Positions 27,856 to 38,049 of a stretch of DNA of 64,000 nt are shown piece by piece. A program made the position numbers and the translations under genes. Position 1 is the first letter of the stretch; each line of letters begins with the position of its first letter. The notes beneath the pieces are model-generated. The model had not been told where the DNA came from, did not search any database, and was given only the letters and a program-made list of their open reading frames with translations. The stretch comes from a bacterium (lineage in GTDB: Bacteria; UBA8248), in assembly GCA_963692865.2 (NCBI GenBank), contig OY843592.1, positions 2,976,001 through 3,040,000 on the forward strand, read 5' to 3'.

Positions 27856-29757
27856 ATGAAAGAGTGGCAATTCAACTCGAATCCCGAAACGAGCGATGCG
27901 CTCAAACGCCGCGTTCTCATATTCGGCGCCTGCTTCGGCGTCGTCTTCTTCGGCTTGTTCATCAGACTCTGGAACCTTCAAGTGATCCAGGGAGTAAAAT
28001 TTCGTTCCCTCTCTGAAGACAACCGAATCGCCTACCGTCTCGTACAAAGCCCCAGGGGCATGGTGTTCGACTCGAAGGGAAAACTGCTTGCGGACAACCG
28101 CGCGTCGTTTAATATTTATCTGATTCGGGAAAACGTGAAAAATCTGAAACGGACGATTCGCCTGCTGGCCGAAATCACGGGTCAACCCTTTGAGGAACTC
28201 TACAAAAGAACCCGGAATGCGAATCCTTTCCGGCCGTTTCTGATCCAGGCGGACATCAGCCGGAACACCATGGCCTTCCTGGAGGAGAACAAGCCCGATT
28301 ATCCCGGCGTATTCGTTCAGGTGACGCCGCTCAGGCAATACCCCTCCAAGGATCGGGCGAGCCACCTTCTGGGTTACATGGGCGAAGTCAGCAACCGGCA
28401 GTTGCAAAACCTGAAAAAACAAAACTACCGGCAGGGAGATCTCCTGGGCCAATACGGAGTAGAGCGGACCCAGGAAAAATTCCTGCGTGGGCAAAGCGGC
28501 TTCAAGCAGGTAGAGGTGGACGCCTACGGAAGAGAATTGCGCGTCATCCGCCCCTTTGTGGAAAAACCCGGGAACAACATCTATTTGACAATTGACATAA
28601 AACTCCAGGAAAAGGCGGAGGAGTTGTTCCAAGCGCATGAAGGCAGCATCGTCATTCTCGACCCCTCGGACGGCGCCATTTTGGCCATGGTGAGCAAACC
28701 GTCGTTCAACCCGAACATCTTCGCCGGAGGCATCAACGCCAAAGACTGGCAAGGTCTCACGGAAAACCCCCTGAAACCCCTCGAGAACAGGGCCATCCGC
28801 GGACAGTACCCCCCCGGCTCGATTTTCAAGATCGTAATGGGTTTCGCGATTCTGAACGAGAAAATCGCGCGCTCCGATAAAAAAATACGCTGCCACGGCT
28901 CGTTTCCATTCGGGAAAAGGATATTCCATGACTGGAAAAAAGGAGGGCACGGGCCTATAGACTTCGTCCAATCTCTGGCCCAGAGTTGCGACGTCTACTA
29001 CTACACCAACGGCCACAAGCTGGGCATCAAGAGAATCGCGCGTTACGCGCGCATGTTCGGCCTGGGTTCGCCCACCGGTTTCGGAGCCGCCGAAAAAGGG
29101 GGGCTCGTGCCGTCGGACGCCTGGAAGCGCCGCCGATTCAAGGAAAGATGGTATGAGGGCGAGACGATCAGCGTATCCATCGGCCAGGGCTTCAACCTGA
29201 TCACACCCATGCAGGCCGCCAACCTTATCGCCACCGTGGCGAACGGCGGTCATCTCTGGAAACCCTATATCGTGAAAAAAGTGATGAGCCCGGGCGGAAG
29301 GACGTTTTTCGAAGCCAGTCCCCGACTCATTCGCAAGATTCCAATACCCCAGGAAATTTTCCAGAAAGTTCGAGAAGGTCTCAAAGAAGTCGTCCATGGC
29401 GAAAAGGGCACAGCGAAAAAAGCCCGATTACCGGGCATCTTTATGGCCGGCAAGACGGGCACCGCCCAGACAGTCGGCCTCAAACACACGGGCCGCAAAA
29501 GGAAACCCGAAGAATTGCCGCGCAAATTTCGGGACCATGGCTGGTTCGTCGCATTCGCCCCCTACGAAAATCCCAGCATTGCGATCGCCATTTTGGGGGA
29601 AAACGCCGGCAGACCGGGGTCTTTTTTCGCCCCGTATGCAAAAGAGTTGATTTCTTTTTATCTCGGAAAAAACGATAAACAGATTCTGGCCTCAAACAAA
29701 ACAAGGGAAGAAAAACCATCCCCTCCGAACAACCGGACTGTGGGAGAGCGCAGATGA
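27856..29757 (+). CDS. mrdA: Penicillin-binding protein 2
   Basis: SPRG, PGSIFK (SxxK), SCDVYYY, GKTGTAQ. Confidence 0.96.
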   Translation: MKEWQFNSNPETSDALKRRVLIFGACFGVVFFGLFIRLWNLQVIQGVKFRSLSEDNRIAYRLVQSPRGMVFDSKGKLLADNRASFNIYLIRENVKNLKRTIRLLAEITGQPFEELYKRTRNANPFRPFLIQADISRNTMAFLEENKPDYPGVFVQVTPLRQYPSKDRASHLLGYMGEVSNRQLQNLKKQNYRQGDLLGQYGVERTQEKFLRGQSGFKQVEVDAYGRELRVIRPFVEKPGNNIYLTIDIKLQEKAEELFQAHEGSIVILDPSDGAILAMVSKPSFNPNIFAGGINAKDWQGLTENPLKPLENRAIRGQYPPGSIFKIVMGFAILNEKIARSDKKIRCHGSFPFGKRIFHDWKKGGHGPIDFVQSLAQSCDVYYYTNGHKLGIKRIARYARMFGLGSPTGFGAAEKGGLVPSDAWKRRRFKERWYEGETISVSIGQGFNLITPMQAANLIATVANGGHLWKPYIVKKVMSPGGRTFFEASPRLIRKIPIPQEIFQKVREGLKEVVHGEKGTAKKARLPGIFMAGKTGTAQTVGLKHTGRKRKPEELPRKFRDHGWFVAFAPYENPSIAIAILGENAGRPGSFFAPYAKELISFYLGKNDKQILASNKTREEKPSPPNNRTVGERR

Positions 29758-30896
29758 AAGGCATGGCTCCTTCTCAGTCATCCCCTTTTCGGCGAGCCCT
29801 CTCGCAAGTGGACTGGCTACTCGTTCTAGTTACGCTTTTGCTCAGCTTGACAGGTATTTTCATGATATACAGCGCGATTCATTCCAACCCCGCTTTTCTT
29901 AAGAATTCCCTGCATCTCAAACAAGCGCTGTGGTCATCCATTGGGTTATGCGTATTGCTTTGTATCCTCATTTTCGACTACCACTTCTTTACACGATGGG
30001 CCTATTTTTTTTACGCCCTCGTCATCGTTCTGCTCATCGCCGTCCTCTTCTCGGGACAGGTTGTCTACGGCGCGAAACGCTGGCTCGTTTTCGGCCCCTT
30101 GCGGCTGCAACCCTCCGAACTGGCGCGCCTGGCGGTCATTCTCGTGCTGGCCAGATATTTCGGCTCTCAGGGAGAAGAAGAACCCATGGGCTTCAAAAAG
30201 CTCGCCCCGGCGTTTCTTCTGGCGCTCGCACCGGTGTTGCTGATTGTCCGGCAACCCGATTTGGGTACCGGGCTCACGGTCCTCCTGATAGCGGGTGCTA
30301 TGGTTCTGGTCGTCGGCGTCAAACAAAGAGTCCTCATCATCATCGGGAGCGTGGCGCTCGCGTGCGCGCCCTTGGGCTGGTTCTTTCTCAAAGAATACCA
30401 GCGCCGTCGTATTTTGACGCTGTTTAACCCGGACGCCGACCCTCTCGGAGCCGGCTATCAGAGCATGCAAAGCATCATCGCCGTCGGCAGCGGAGAATTC
30501 TGGGGCAAAGGACTCCTACAGGGGACGCAGAGCAGGCTTCACTTCCTGCCGGAGAAACACACCGATTTCATTTTTTCCGTGCTGAGCGAAGAGTTGGGTT
30601 TTATCGGCAGCGTCACAGTTCTGGCGTTGTTCTCCATTTTCATTCTACGGTGTCTGAGCGCAGCGCTGAACGCCGCCGACAAGGAGGGCGCCCTGATCGC
30701 CGTAGGCGTCACCACGGCGTTTTTCCTCTACATCATCTTCAATATCGGGATGACACTCGGCCTGATGCCAATTGTCGGAATCCCGCTCCCCTTGGTCAGC
30801 TACGGGGGGAGCGCCTCCATCTCATCTTTCATCGCCATCGGTCTGGTCTTGAGCGTCGGCATGAGAAGAAAAAGCTTTACCCCCGTGTTCGGCTAA
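29754..30896 (+). CDS. rodA: Rod shape-determining protein RodA (SEDS)
   Basis: GAKRW, QPSE, QPDLGT, PEKHTDFIF, SYGGS. Confidence 0.96.
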   Translation: MKGMAPSQSSPFRRALSQVDWLLVLVTLLLSLTGIFMIYSAIHSNPAFLKNSLHLKQALWSSIGLCVLLCILIFDYHFFTRWAYFFYALVIVLLIAVLFSGQVVYGAKRWLVFGPLRLQPSELARLAVILVLARYFGSQGEEEPMGFKKLAPAFLLALAPVLLIVRQPDLGTGLTVLLIAGAMVLVVGVKQRVLIIIGSVALACAPLGWFFLKEYQRRRILTLFNPDADPLGAGYQSMQSIIAVGSGEFWGKGLLQGTQSRLHFLPEKHTDFIFSVLSEELGFIGSVTVLALFSIFILRCLSAALNAADKEGALIAVGVTTAFFLYIIFNIGMTLGLMPIVGIPLPLVSYGGSASISSFIAIGLVLSVGMRRKSFTPVFG

Positions 30897-32365
30897 CTGC
30901 CCTTCTCCCCGTATTCTCTCTCTCCCGGAGGCGGAGACGCGAAACTGTTCCCGATGGCGACCACGGCCTCTCGTCCGCCGTGCCGCTCGACCAGCGCCGC
31001 CTGCTCCGCCTTGGCGCGCCTGTCCACCTCCTCGGGGTCGAGGACGCGCAAAAGCCGCGCTTCGAGTTCCGCGAGAACGGATTGGTGCGCGGGACTCCTG
31101 GAGATGTCGCATCGCTCTTCGGGGTCGTCTTCCAGATCGAAGAACTCGGGTTCGTATCCCACGTAGTGGATATACTTGTAGCGCCCGCGGCGAATCATGA
31201 ACATTCCCGTCTTTGCGCCGAGGGCATGAAACTCGCTGAAAATCTCGCGCTCCGGGTCGTCGGGTTCGTTCGCGAGTTGGAAAAGGGAATCCCCATGCAA
31301 CCGTTCTTCCTCATCATTATCGAGCACGCCAGCGCAATCGAGCGCGGTGGGATACAAATCGACGAGCGAGACCGGCGTTCGAGACATCTTGCCCCCCGGA
31401 ACGCCCGGTCCCGAGACGATGAGAGGGACGGAAACGGATTCCTCGTACATGGTGGATTTTCCCCAAAGGCCGCGCTCGCCCAGATTGTCCCCGTGATCGC
31501 TGGCGAAGAGCACCCGCGTATTTTCACTGAAACCCGACTCCTCCAAGACGTTCAGGATTTTTCCGACGTTCGAATCCACAAAGCTGATCATGGCGAAATA
31601 AGACGCCAGAGCGACGCGGCGCTTGTGGTCATCGAAATAAATATCGTACGGGGCGCATTCGTGAAGCGCCGCAATCCACGGGTGCCAATCGTAACCGCCC
31701 GAAGGATGCGGCTTGGGCAGAGGAATGTCTTCCAGCGAATAGTGTTCGTAAAACTCGGGCGGCCCGATGAAGGGAAAATGCGGGCACGTGAGGGAGACGA
31801 ACAACGCCCAGGGCCGTTCGCCGTGCTTGGGCGCTTCGTGAGCTATCCACTCGCAGGCCAAATCCGTGATTTGCCCGTCATATGCAATGTATTTCGAGTC
31901 TCCCGGCCCGATGCGCTCGGCCATCCACTCCGGATTGTTCCTGGGAGGCAGGCCCTTCTCATCGCGAACCGCGCTGTGGATATCACCTATTCCACCTTTG
32001 GGCAGATGCAGGGGGATAATCTGCTCGTCAAAGCCCACGGGAACCTCGGCGTTTCGGTAATGGAGCTTGCCGATCGAGGTGGTTCTCACGCCGGCTTCCT
32101 GAAGGCGATGACCCCAACTCGGCGGCTCTCCCTCGTAGGGGTGAGCATTGTCCCAGGCGCTGATTTCATGCACATACTTGCCCGTGGCGAAACTCGCGCG
32201 GGCCGGCACGCAGATGGGGCAGTTCGTATAGGCGCTCTCAAACCGCGTGCCTGCCGCAGCGAGCGCGTCGATGTTCGGCGTCTTGACGAGCGGGTGGCCA
32301 TAGCAGCCCATCATTTTTTGCGTGTGCTCATCGTCCATCAAGAGCAAGAAATTCATCGGTTCCAT
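30893..32365 (-). CDS. Formylglycine-dependent sulfatase (choline-sulfatase-like)
   Basis: DDEH, TPNID, CVPAR (CxPxR), GKLH, SDHG, GKSTMYEES. Confidence 0.92.
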   Translation of the reverse strand: MEPMNFLLLMDDEHTQKMMGCYGHPLVKTPNIDALAAAGTRFESAYTNCPICVPARASFATGKYVHEISAWDNAHPYEGEPPSWGHRLQEAGVRTTSIGKLHYRNAEVPVGFDEQIIPLHLPKGGIGDIHSAVRDEKGLPPRNNPEWMAERIGPGDSKYIAYDGQITDLACEWIAHEAPKHGERPWALFVSLTCPHFPFIGPPEFYEHYSLEDIPLPKPHPSGGYDWHPWIAALHECAPYDIYFDDHKRRVALASYFAMISFVDSNVGKILNVLEESGFSENTRVLFASDHGDNLGERGLWGKSTMYEESVSVPLIVSGPGVPGGKMSRTPVSLVDLYPTALDCAGVLDNDEEERLHGDSLFQLANEPDDPEREIFSEFHALGAKTGMFMIRRGRYKYIHYVGYEPEFFDLEDDPEERCDISRSPAHQSVLAELEARLLRVLDPEEVDRRAKAEQAALVERHGGREAVVAIGNSFASPPPGEREYGEKGS

Positions 32366-32544
32366 ACGCGCGACTCCCTGAATCGATTGATAGTAAAACT
32401 TTCATGAATTCAAAAAATCATATCCCCAAAAACACCGAAATGGGAAATACCTCCTCTCTCTCGAATCACGGCGAAGCACTCTGCCCTGCTCTTGAGAATC
32501 GACATTCGCACGAACGCGAGACGCGCGCTTGCCGTTTGCCTCGG

Positions 32545-32573
32545 TTGCCAATTCTTTTCATATCCTTCATTAT
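32545..32573 (+). promoter_or_regulatory. Possible sigma70 promoter for the radical SAM-rng genes
   Basis: TTGCCA-N17-CATTAT. Confidence 0.4.
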
Positions 32574-32677
32574 AAGGGATCAGTTCGCCCGGACCCCCAA
32601 AAAGGAGCCGGTCGGGGAACGAAATGAAAAAATATGCCTCCTCGTATATGGCGAGAGGCTTTAACAGGTTGATTACA

Positions 32678-35500
32678 ATGAATTTAGACTACGCACGGGA
32701 CGTCTTTCCCTTCGTCCAGAAACCATCGCGTTATCTGGGCAACGAGGTCAATTCGATCCGCAAGGATCTGACCTGTGTGAGAAACCGCGTCGCCCTCGCC
32801 TTCCCGGATACCTACGAAGTCGGCATGTCGCACAACGGCATCCGCATACTCTATCACCTCCTGAACGAGATTGAAGACGTGGCTGCCGAGCGGGTTTTTC
32901 TCCCGTGGGATGACTTCGAAATCATCCTGAGAAGCAAAAACGCGCTCCTGAGCACGCTGGAGAGCCGGACGCCCGTCCGGGAATTCCATATTCTGGGTAT
33001 ATCGCTCCTATACGAACTGGCCGCCAGCAACATCGTCTTGCTGCTCGATTTGGCCGGCATCCCCAGACGCGCCACACAAAGACGGAGAGAAGACCCGCTC
33101 GTCATCGCGGGCGGCCCCGTGACGTTCAACGTGGAACCGATGGCGCCTTTCTTCGACGCCGTCGCCCTCGGAGACGGAGAGGAACTTTTCCCCGAAGTCA
33201 TCAAGGTCCACGAAAGGTGGCGAGAAACGAAAGCGCCGAGAGAAACGCTGCTCGAGATGCTGGAGGAGATCGACGGAGTCTACATCCCGAGTCGCTACGT
33301 GGTCGAGCACGAGCCGAGCGGCGAGGTGAAAAGTTTCCGGCACGTCAGCGGCCATCAAGAACCCGTTTTGGCTCGGGTTTTGGAGGATTTGAACGACTCG
33401 CCCCACCCCACGCAGCCCGTCATCCCCTACACCCAGGTGGTGCACGACCGGGTGACGCTCGAGGTGCAGCGCGGCTGCACGAGGGGTTGCCGTTTCTGTC
33501 ATGCGGGGATGGTCTATCGCCCCGTTCGGGATCGGGACCCGCACAAGGTACTCGAACTCGCCGAGGAATCCCTCAAGAACACGGGTTATGAGGAAATCAG
33601 CCTTTCATCGCTTTGTATCGCCGATTATCAACCCCTCAAGGGCCTGGTGCCCCGCATGATGGAGCGTCTCGCCCCCATGCAGACCTCCATATCCCTGCCT
33701 TCGCTGCGCGTCGGAGCGATGAGTCCGGATCTCCTGGCCCAGATTGCGCGCGTGCGCCGCACGGGCTTCACCCTGGTGCCCGAGGCGGGCAGCGAGCGAC
33801 TGCGCAACGTCATCAACAAGGTGCTGACCGAGGCGGATCTCAAGCGAAACCTTCAGGACATCCTCGATACCGGTTGGCCGGGCGTGAAATTCTACTTCAT
33901 GCTCGGTCTTCCCACCGAGAACTTCGACGATTTACAGGAAATGGCGGACATGCTGATGTCCTGCATGAGAATGCGCTCGCGCGAAACGGGCGAGCCGTTC
34001 CGCTTCATCAACGTGAGCCTTTCCACTTTCGTGCCGAAACCCCATACGCCGTTCCAGTGGTTTCCCCAGAATACGAAAGAGGAAATCAAGGCAAAACTCG
34101 ATTTTATCAAGCGAGCCGTACCTGACCGCAGAATCAAGCTGCACTGGTCGAATCCAGAGCACAGCTTCCTGGAAGCAGTCATCTCGAAAGGCGACCGTCG
34201 CCAGGCCGACATCATTGAGACGGCGGTCGACATGGGATGCAAATTCGACGGCTGGATGGAATTTTTCGATTACGAGAAGTGGATGGCCGCCTTCAAGGAA
34301 CATGACCTTGACCCGGAATGGTACGCCTACCGCGAAATACACGAAGATGCGCCCCTGCCCTGGGACCATCTCGACTGCGGGGTGACCAAGGAATACCAAC
34401 TCGCCGACTGGAAACGTTCCCTTCGCGAGGTCACCATCGGCGATTGCCGCTACGAGGCGTGCGGCCAGTGCGGCATTCTGGATAAATACAAGGGCATCAA
34501 ATACCACTACGAAAAGCCGATGCCGCTTGAGGGATCCTCTCTTCCGGTTATAAGCGGACCGGCGCAGACGGGCGATGCCCTCCGGGCAATGGATTTGCCA
34601 CCCGGACAAGACGTCCCTCCCGCTGAGCCGGTGGAGCTCGCAATCGCCAAGGCCCGGCCTGAACCGCACCGCCCCAGACAAAGGAGGCGCAAGAGCGTCG
34701 CTCGGGAATCCGGCCCCGTTCCGGTGGGCTTCGAGGGCGCACACGAGGACAATCCCGGCCTCGGCGAGGAACAGCCCGACGCACCGGTTCGCAAATTCAG
34801 GTTCACCTATGAAAAATCTGGCGACTTACGTTTTCTAAGTCACCTGGAGATTCTGAGAACTTTCATCCGCGCCATTCAGCGCGCGGGTTATCGCCTCGAA
34901 CATTCCAGGGGCTTCAACCCGCATCCGAAAATCGTTTTCTCCCATGCGCTGCCCGTGGGCGTGGAAAGCCGCGTGGAGATAGTGGATTTCTCGCTTTTGG
35001 AAGTCAACGAACGAATCGGATTGCGCGATTTGTTCCAGAACCTGAAGCGAGAACTCCCGCGAGGCCTCAGACCCCGCTCGGGATGGCGCATCGAGGGGAA
35101 AGCGCCTTCATCCGCCAATGCGCTAAGAGCCGCGACCTATGAAATCTCCTTGTCCCGAAAAGATCTGGACTCGCTCGAAGCGCCGGATTCACGGGTCAGA
35201 GCCACCATTGGAGAGTTCATGAATGAGGAGCACATTGAAATAACCCGCGAACACAAGGGAAAGATAAAACATTTCGACGCTCGGCCATCCATCACGCGAT
35301 TTTCGCTCGAATCATCGACGAATGCCGCCATCCGCCTGCACCTCACGCTGCGCTACGGAGACGGCGTAAAACCGAAGGTAACCGAAATACTCGCCAGATG
35401 TTTCGGGTTATCTCCCGAGGCGTGCCTTAGAACCCGGATTCGGAAAATATCCGTCCACTGGAGAGCGGGAGCATCCCGCGCGATAGAACATGCCGTCTGA
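32678..35500 (+). CDS. TIGR03960-like B12-binding radical SAM protein fused to TIGR03936/DUF2344-like domain
   Basis: KPSRYLGNE, FPDTYEVGMS, RGCTRGCRFC, FVPKPHTPFQW, LPWDH; C-terminal LRFLSHLE, SRGFNPHPK, ALPVGVES; start may be 32624. Confidence 0.9.
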   Translation: MNLDYARDVFPFVQKPSRYLGNEVNSIRKDLTCVRNRVALAFPDTYEVGMSHNGIRILYHLLNEIEDVAAERVFLPWDDFEIILRSKNALLSTLESRTPVREFHILGISLLYELAASNIVLLLDLAGIPRRATQRRREDPLVIAGGPVTFNVEPMAPFFDAVALGDGEELFPEVIKVHERWRETKAPRETLLEMLEEIDGVYIPSRYVVEHEPSGEVKSFRHVSGHQEPVLARVLEDLNDSPHPTQPVIPYTQVVHDRVTLEVQRGCTRGCRFCHAGMVYRPVRDRDPHKVLELAEESLKNTGYEEISLSSLCIADYQPLKGLVPRMMERLAPMQTSISLPSLRVGAMSPDLLAQIARVRRTGFTLVPEAGSERLRNVINKVLTEADLKRNLQDILDTGWPGVKFYFMLGLPTENFDDLQEMADMLMSCMRMRSRETGEPFRFINVSLSTFVPKPHTPFQWFPQNTKEEIKAKLDFIKRAVPDRRIKLHWSNPEHSFLEAVISKGDRRQADIIETAVDMGCKFDGWMEFFDYEKWMAAFKEHDLDPEWYAYREIHEDAPLPWDHLDCGVTKEYQLADWKRSLREVTIGDCRYEACGQCGILDKYKGIKYHYEKPMPLEGSSLPVISGPAQTGDALRAMDLPPGQDVPPAEPVELAIAKARPEPHRPRQRRRKSVARESGPVPVGFEGAHEDNPGLGEEQPDAPVRKFRFTYEKSGDLRFLSHLEILRTFIRAIQRAGYRLEHSRGFNPHPKIVFSHALPVGVESRVEIVDFSLLEVNERIGLRDLFQNLKRELPRGLRPRSGWRIEGKAPSSANALRAATYEISLSRKDLDSLEAPDSRVRATIGEFMNEEHIEITREHKGKIKHFDARPSITRFSLESSTNAAIRLHLTLRYGDGVKPKVTEILARCFGLSPEACLRTRIRKISVHWRAGASRAIEHAV

Positions 35501-37097
35501 AATCGTCGTCAACGCCGAACCGTTCGAGACGCGCGTCGCTCTGCTCGAAAACGGAGTCGCGGCCGAGCTTTATATCGAACGCGAAAGCGGCAAAAGCATC
35601 GTCGGCAACATCTATAAGGGAAAAGTAACGAAAGTGCTGCCGGGAATGCAGGCGGCGTTCGTGGACATCGGACTGGAAAAGGCGGGCTTTCTCTACGTGA
35701 GCGACGTGGACACCATCGAGTCCATCGAGAATTACAGGAAACTCGCTGCCGAACAGGCGGACGACGACGATGACCTCGATTTCGATGGCAACGATTTCAG
35801 TAACGGGGACGAACACGAGGGCGTCAAGGAAGAACAGCAAAACGGTTCGCATCGAAACCTCATCGGGAGACGTTCGCGCCGTTGGGAGGAAGAACGCCAC
35901 ATCGAAGACCTGCTCAAAGACGGTCAGGACGTCATCGTCCAGGTCAGCAAAGAACCCTTGGGTACGAAAGGCTCCCGGCTGACGAGCTACATCACCCTGC
36001 CCGGCCGATACGTGGTCTACATGCCGACGATCAAACAAATCGGCATCAGCAGGCGGATCGAGAACGAAGAAGAAAGGAAAAGACTCAAAAAACTCGTCCG
36101 CAAGAACCGCCAACCAGGAGCCGGGTACATCGTGCGTACGGCGAGTGAAACCATGCCGGCGCAGGACATTCAGGCAAACGTGAACTTCCTGCACGCGCTT
36201 TGGGACGATATTCTGATCAAAAACGAATCGGCTTCCGCGCCATCGCGGATTCATTCGAATTTGAACATCATCGAGCGGACTGTAAGGGATTTGTTCAATT
36301 CCAGCGTCGACAAGATGATCATCGACGACAAGGAACAATATCTGAAGACCAGAAGATTCCTGCAAAGCTACTACCCGCATCTGGTTCCCAAACTCCACCA
36401 TTACGACGGAGATGAGCCGATATTCGACCATTTCGGCGTTGAACTCGAACTCGAGCGCGCGCTCGGGCAACGCGTGTGGCTCAGGAACGGCGGCTACATC
36501 GTGATTGATCAGACCGAGGCGCTTACGACGATCGACGTCAACACCGGACGATTCGTGGGCAAGAAGAGCCCGGAGGAGACAATTCTCGAAACAAATCTGG
36601 AAGCGGTGCGAGAAATCGTAGCCCAATTGCGTCTGCGCAACCTGGGCGGAATCATCATCGTCGATTTCATCGACATGGAGAAAGAGGAAAACAAGGAAAA
36701 AGTATTCAATACCTTCAAGGAGGAACTCAGAAAAGACCGTTCGCGCACCAACATCTTGAAGATAAGCGAGTTGGGGCTCGTCGAGATGACCCGGAAGCGC
36801 GTTCGCGACAGCATCCAGAGAACGCTCTGCACCTCATGTCCCTATTGCGAAGGACGCGGACAGGTGAAATCCGCAGTCTCTGTGAGTTATGAAGCCATGC
36901 GAGAGGTGCGCCGCATGAGGAGAGCGCACAAGGATGCCGCAAAATTCCTCATCAACATCCACCCCGAGGTCGTGGACATCCTCCTCGACGAGGAAAGAAG
37001 GCACGTGGAAGAACTTGAAAGCCTCCTTAACATACAGCTCGTCATCAAGGGCGATGCCGAACTGCATCGCGAAGGTTTCGAAGTCGTCCGGCTGTAA
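35490..37097 (+). CDS. rng: Ribonuclease G (Rne/Rng family)
   Basis: GNIYKGKV, PGMQAAFVDIG, TIDVNTG, LRNLGGIIIVDFIDM, CPYC. Confidence 0.95.
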   Translation: MPSEIVVNAEPFETRVALLENGVAAELYIERESGKSIVGNIYKGKVTKVLPGMQAAFVDIGLEKAGFLYVSDVDTIESIENYRKLAAEQADDDDDLDFDGNDFSNGDEHEGVKEEQQNGSHRNLIGRRSRRWEEERHIEDLLKDGQDVIVQVSKEPLGTKGSRLTSYITLPGRYVVYMPTIKQIGISRRIENEEERKRLKKLVRKNRQPGAGYIVRTASETMPAQDIQANVNFLHALWDDILIKNESASAPSRIHSNLNIIERTVRDLFNSSVDKMIIDDKEQYLKTRRFLQSYYPHLVPKLHHYDGDEPIFDHFGVELELERALGQRVWLRNGGYIVIDQTEALTTIDVNTGRFVGKKSPEETILETNLEAVREIVAQLRLRNLGGIIIVDFIDMEKEENKEKVFNTFKEELRKDRSRTNILKISELGLVEMTRKRVRDSIQRTLCTSCPYCEGRGQVKSAVSVSYEAMREVRRMRRAHKDAAKFLINIHPEVVDILLDEERRHVEELESLLNIQLVIKGDAELHREGFEVVRL

Positions 37098-37148
37098 ATG
37101 AGGGTCTGGCGGTTTTTCGTGATTTTGCCGCCTCCGAGGACAGACGAT

Positions 37149-37940
37149 ATGTGGCGGAGTGTATGCGCATCGGCGTGCGCTATGTTGGTAGCAGGGTGCG
37201 CCAATTTTGCACAACTGAACCCGGAAACCACCCCTTCGCAAGCGTCCCGAAGTGCTTCTGACATCAAGGCGCTTACAAATGAATTGTCCTCGGCCAGGGA
37301 GCGAAACACGCGGCTCGCGGCTCAAATGTCCGAATCCGCCAGAAAAATCGAGGCGCTGACCCAAAGTGTTCGCGACTTAAAAAAGAAAAACAGCACCCTG
37401 GAAGCCACTGTGGAAAGATTGAGACGGGAAAACATCATCGCAAAGAGCTTCCCTGTTCCCTCGCCATCCCGAAAGCCGATGAAAGCGCCAAAACCATCCC
37501 CCGGAATGCGAGCCGCAACGTCGAAAAAACCCGGACGAGCGTCAATCACTCCGCAAACTCTCTACAACAAGTCATATCGCGCCGTCAGGGACGGGAAAAA
37601 CAAGGAAGCCATTCGCGGGTTTCGCCGTTTCTTGCACCTGTTTCCCAAAAGTCAGTTGGCGGCTCACTCCCAATATTGGCTCGGGGAGGCCTACTACGCC
37701 CTCAACCGATATCCCGAGGCTCTGGATGAGTTTCTCAACCTCATTGCAAGATACCCCAAGAGCCGGAAAATTCCCGACGCCTATTACAAACGAGGGCTTA
37801 TCTATATCCGGCGCGCACTTTCCCTCAACGCCACGCTCGAATTTGAAAACTTGCTGGAAAAATTTCCCGCACATCCTCTAGCCGAAAAAGCGAGGGTTCA
37901 ACTCCAAAATCTCAGACACTACACCCCCAGAAAACCTTGA
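37149..37940 (+). CDS. cpoB: CpoB/YbgF-like TPR lipoprotein
   Basis: Lipobox LVAGC, coiled coil, SQYWLGEAYY, YPKSRKIPDA. Confidence 0.8.
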   Translation: MWRSVCASACAMLVAGCANFAQLNPETTPSQASRSASDIKALTNELSSARERNTRLAAQMSESARKIEALTQSVRDLKKKNSTLEATVERLRRENIIAKSFPVPSPSRKPMKAPKPSPGMRAATSKKPGRASITPQTLYNKSYRAVRDGKNKEAIRGFRRFLHLFPKSQLAAHSQYWLGEAYYALNRYPEALDEFLNLIARYPKSRKIPDAYYKRGLIYIRRALSLNATLEFENLLEKFPAHPLAEKARVQLQNLRHYTPRKP

Positions 37941-38049
37941 TGGGAATAAATGAACCACTCTCCCCTCGCCCCTGAACTTTTCTATCTCTTGACACGAGAT
38001 ACGGACTCCGTGTTATGGGTTCAGGAGTGATTTACGCCGGAGATCGTGA

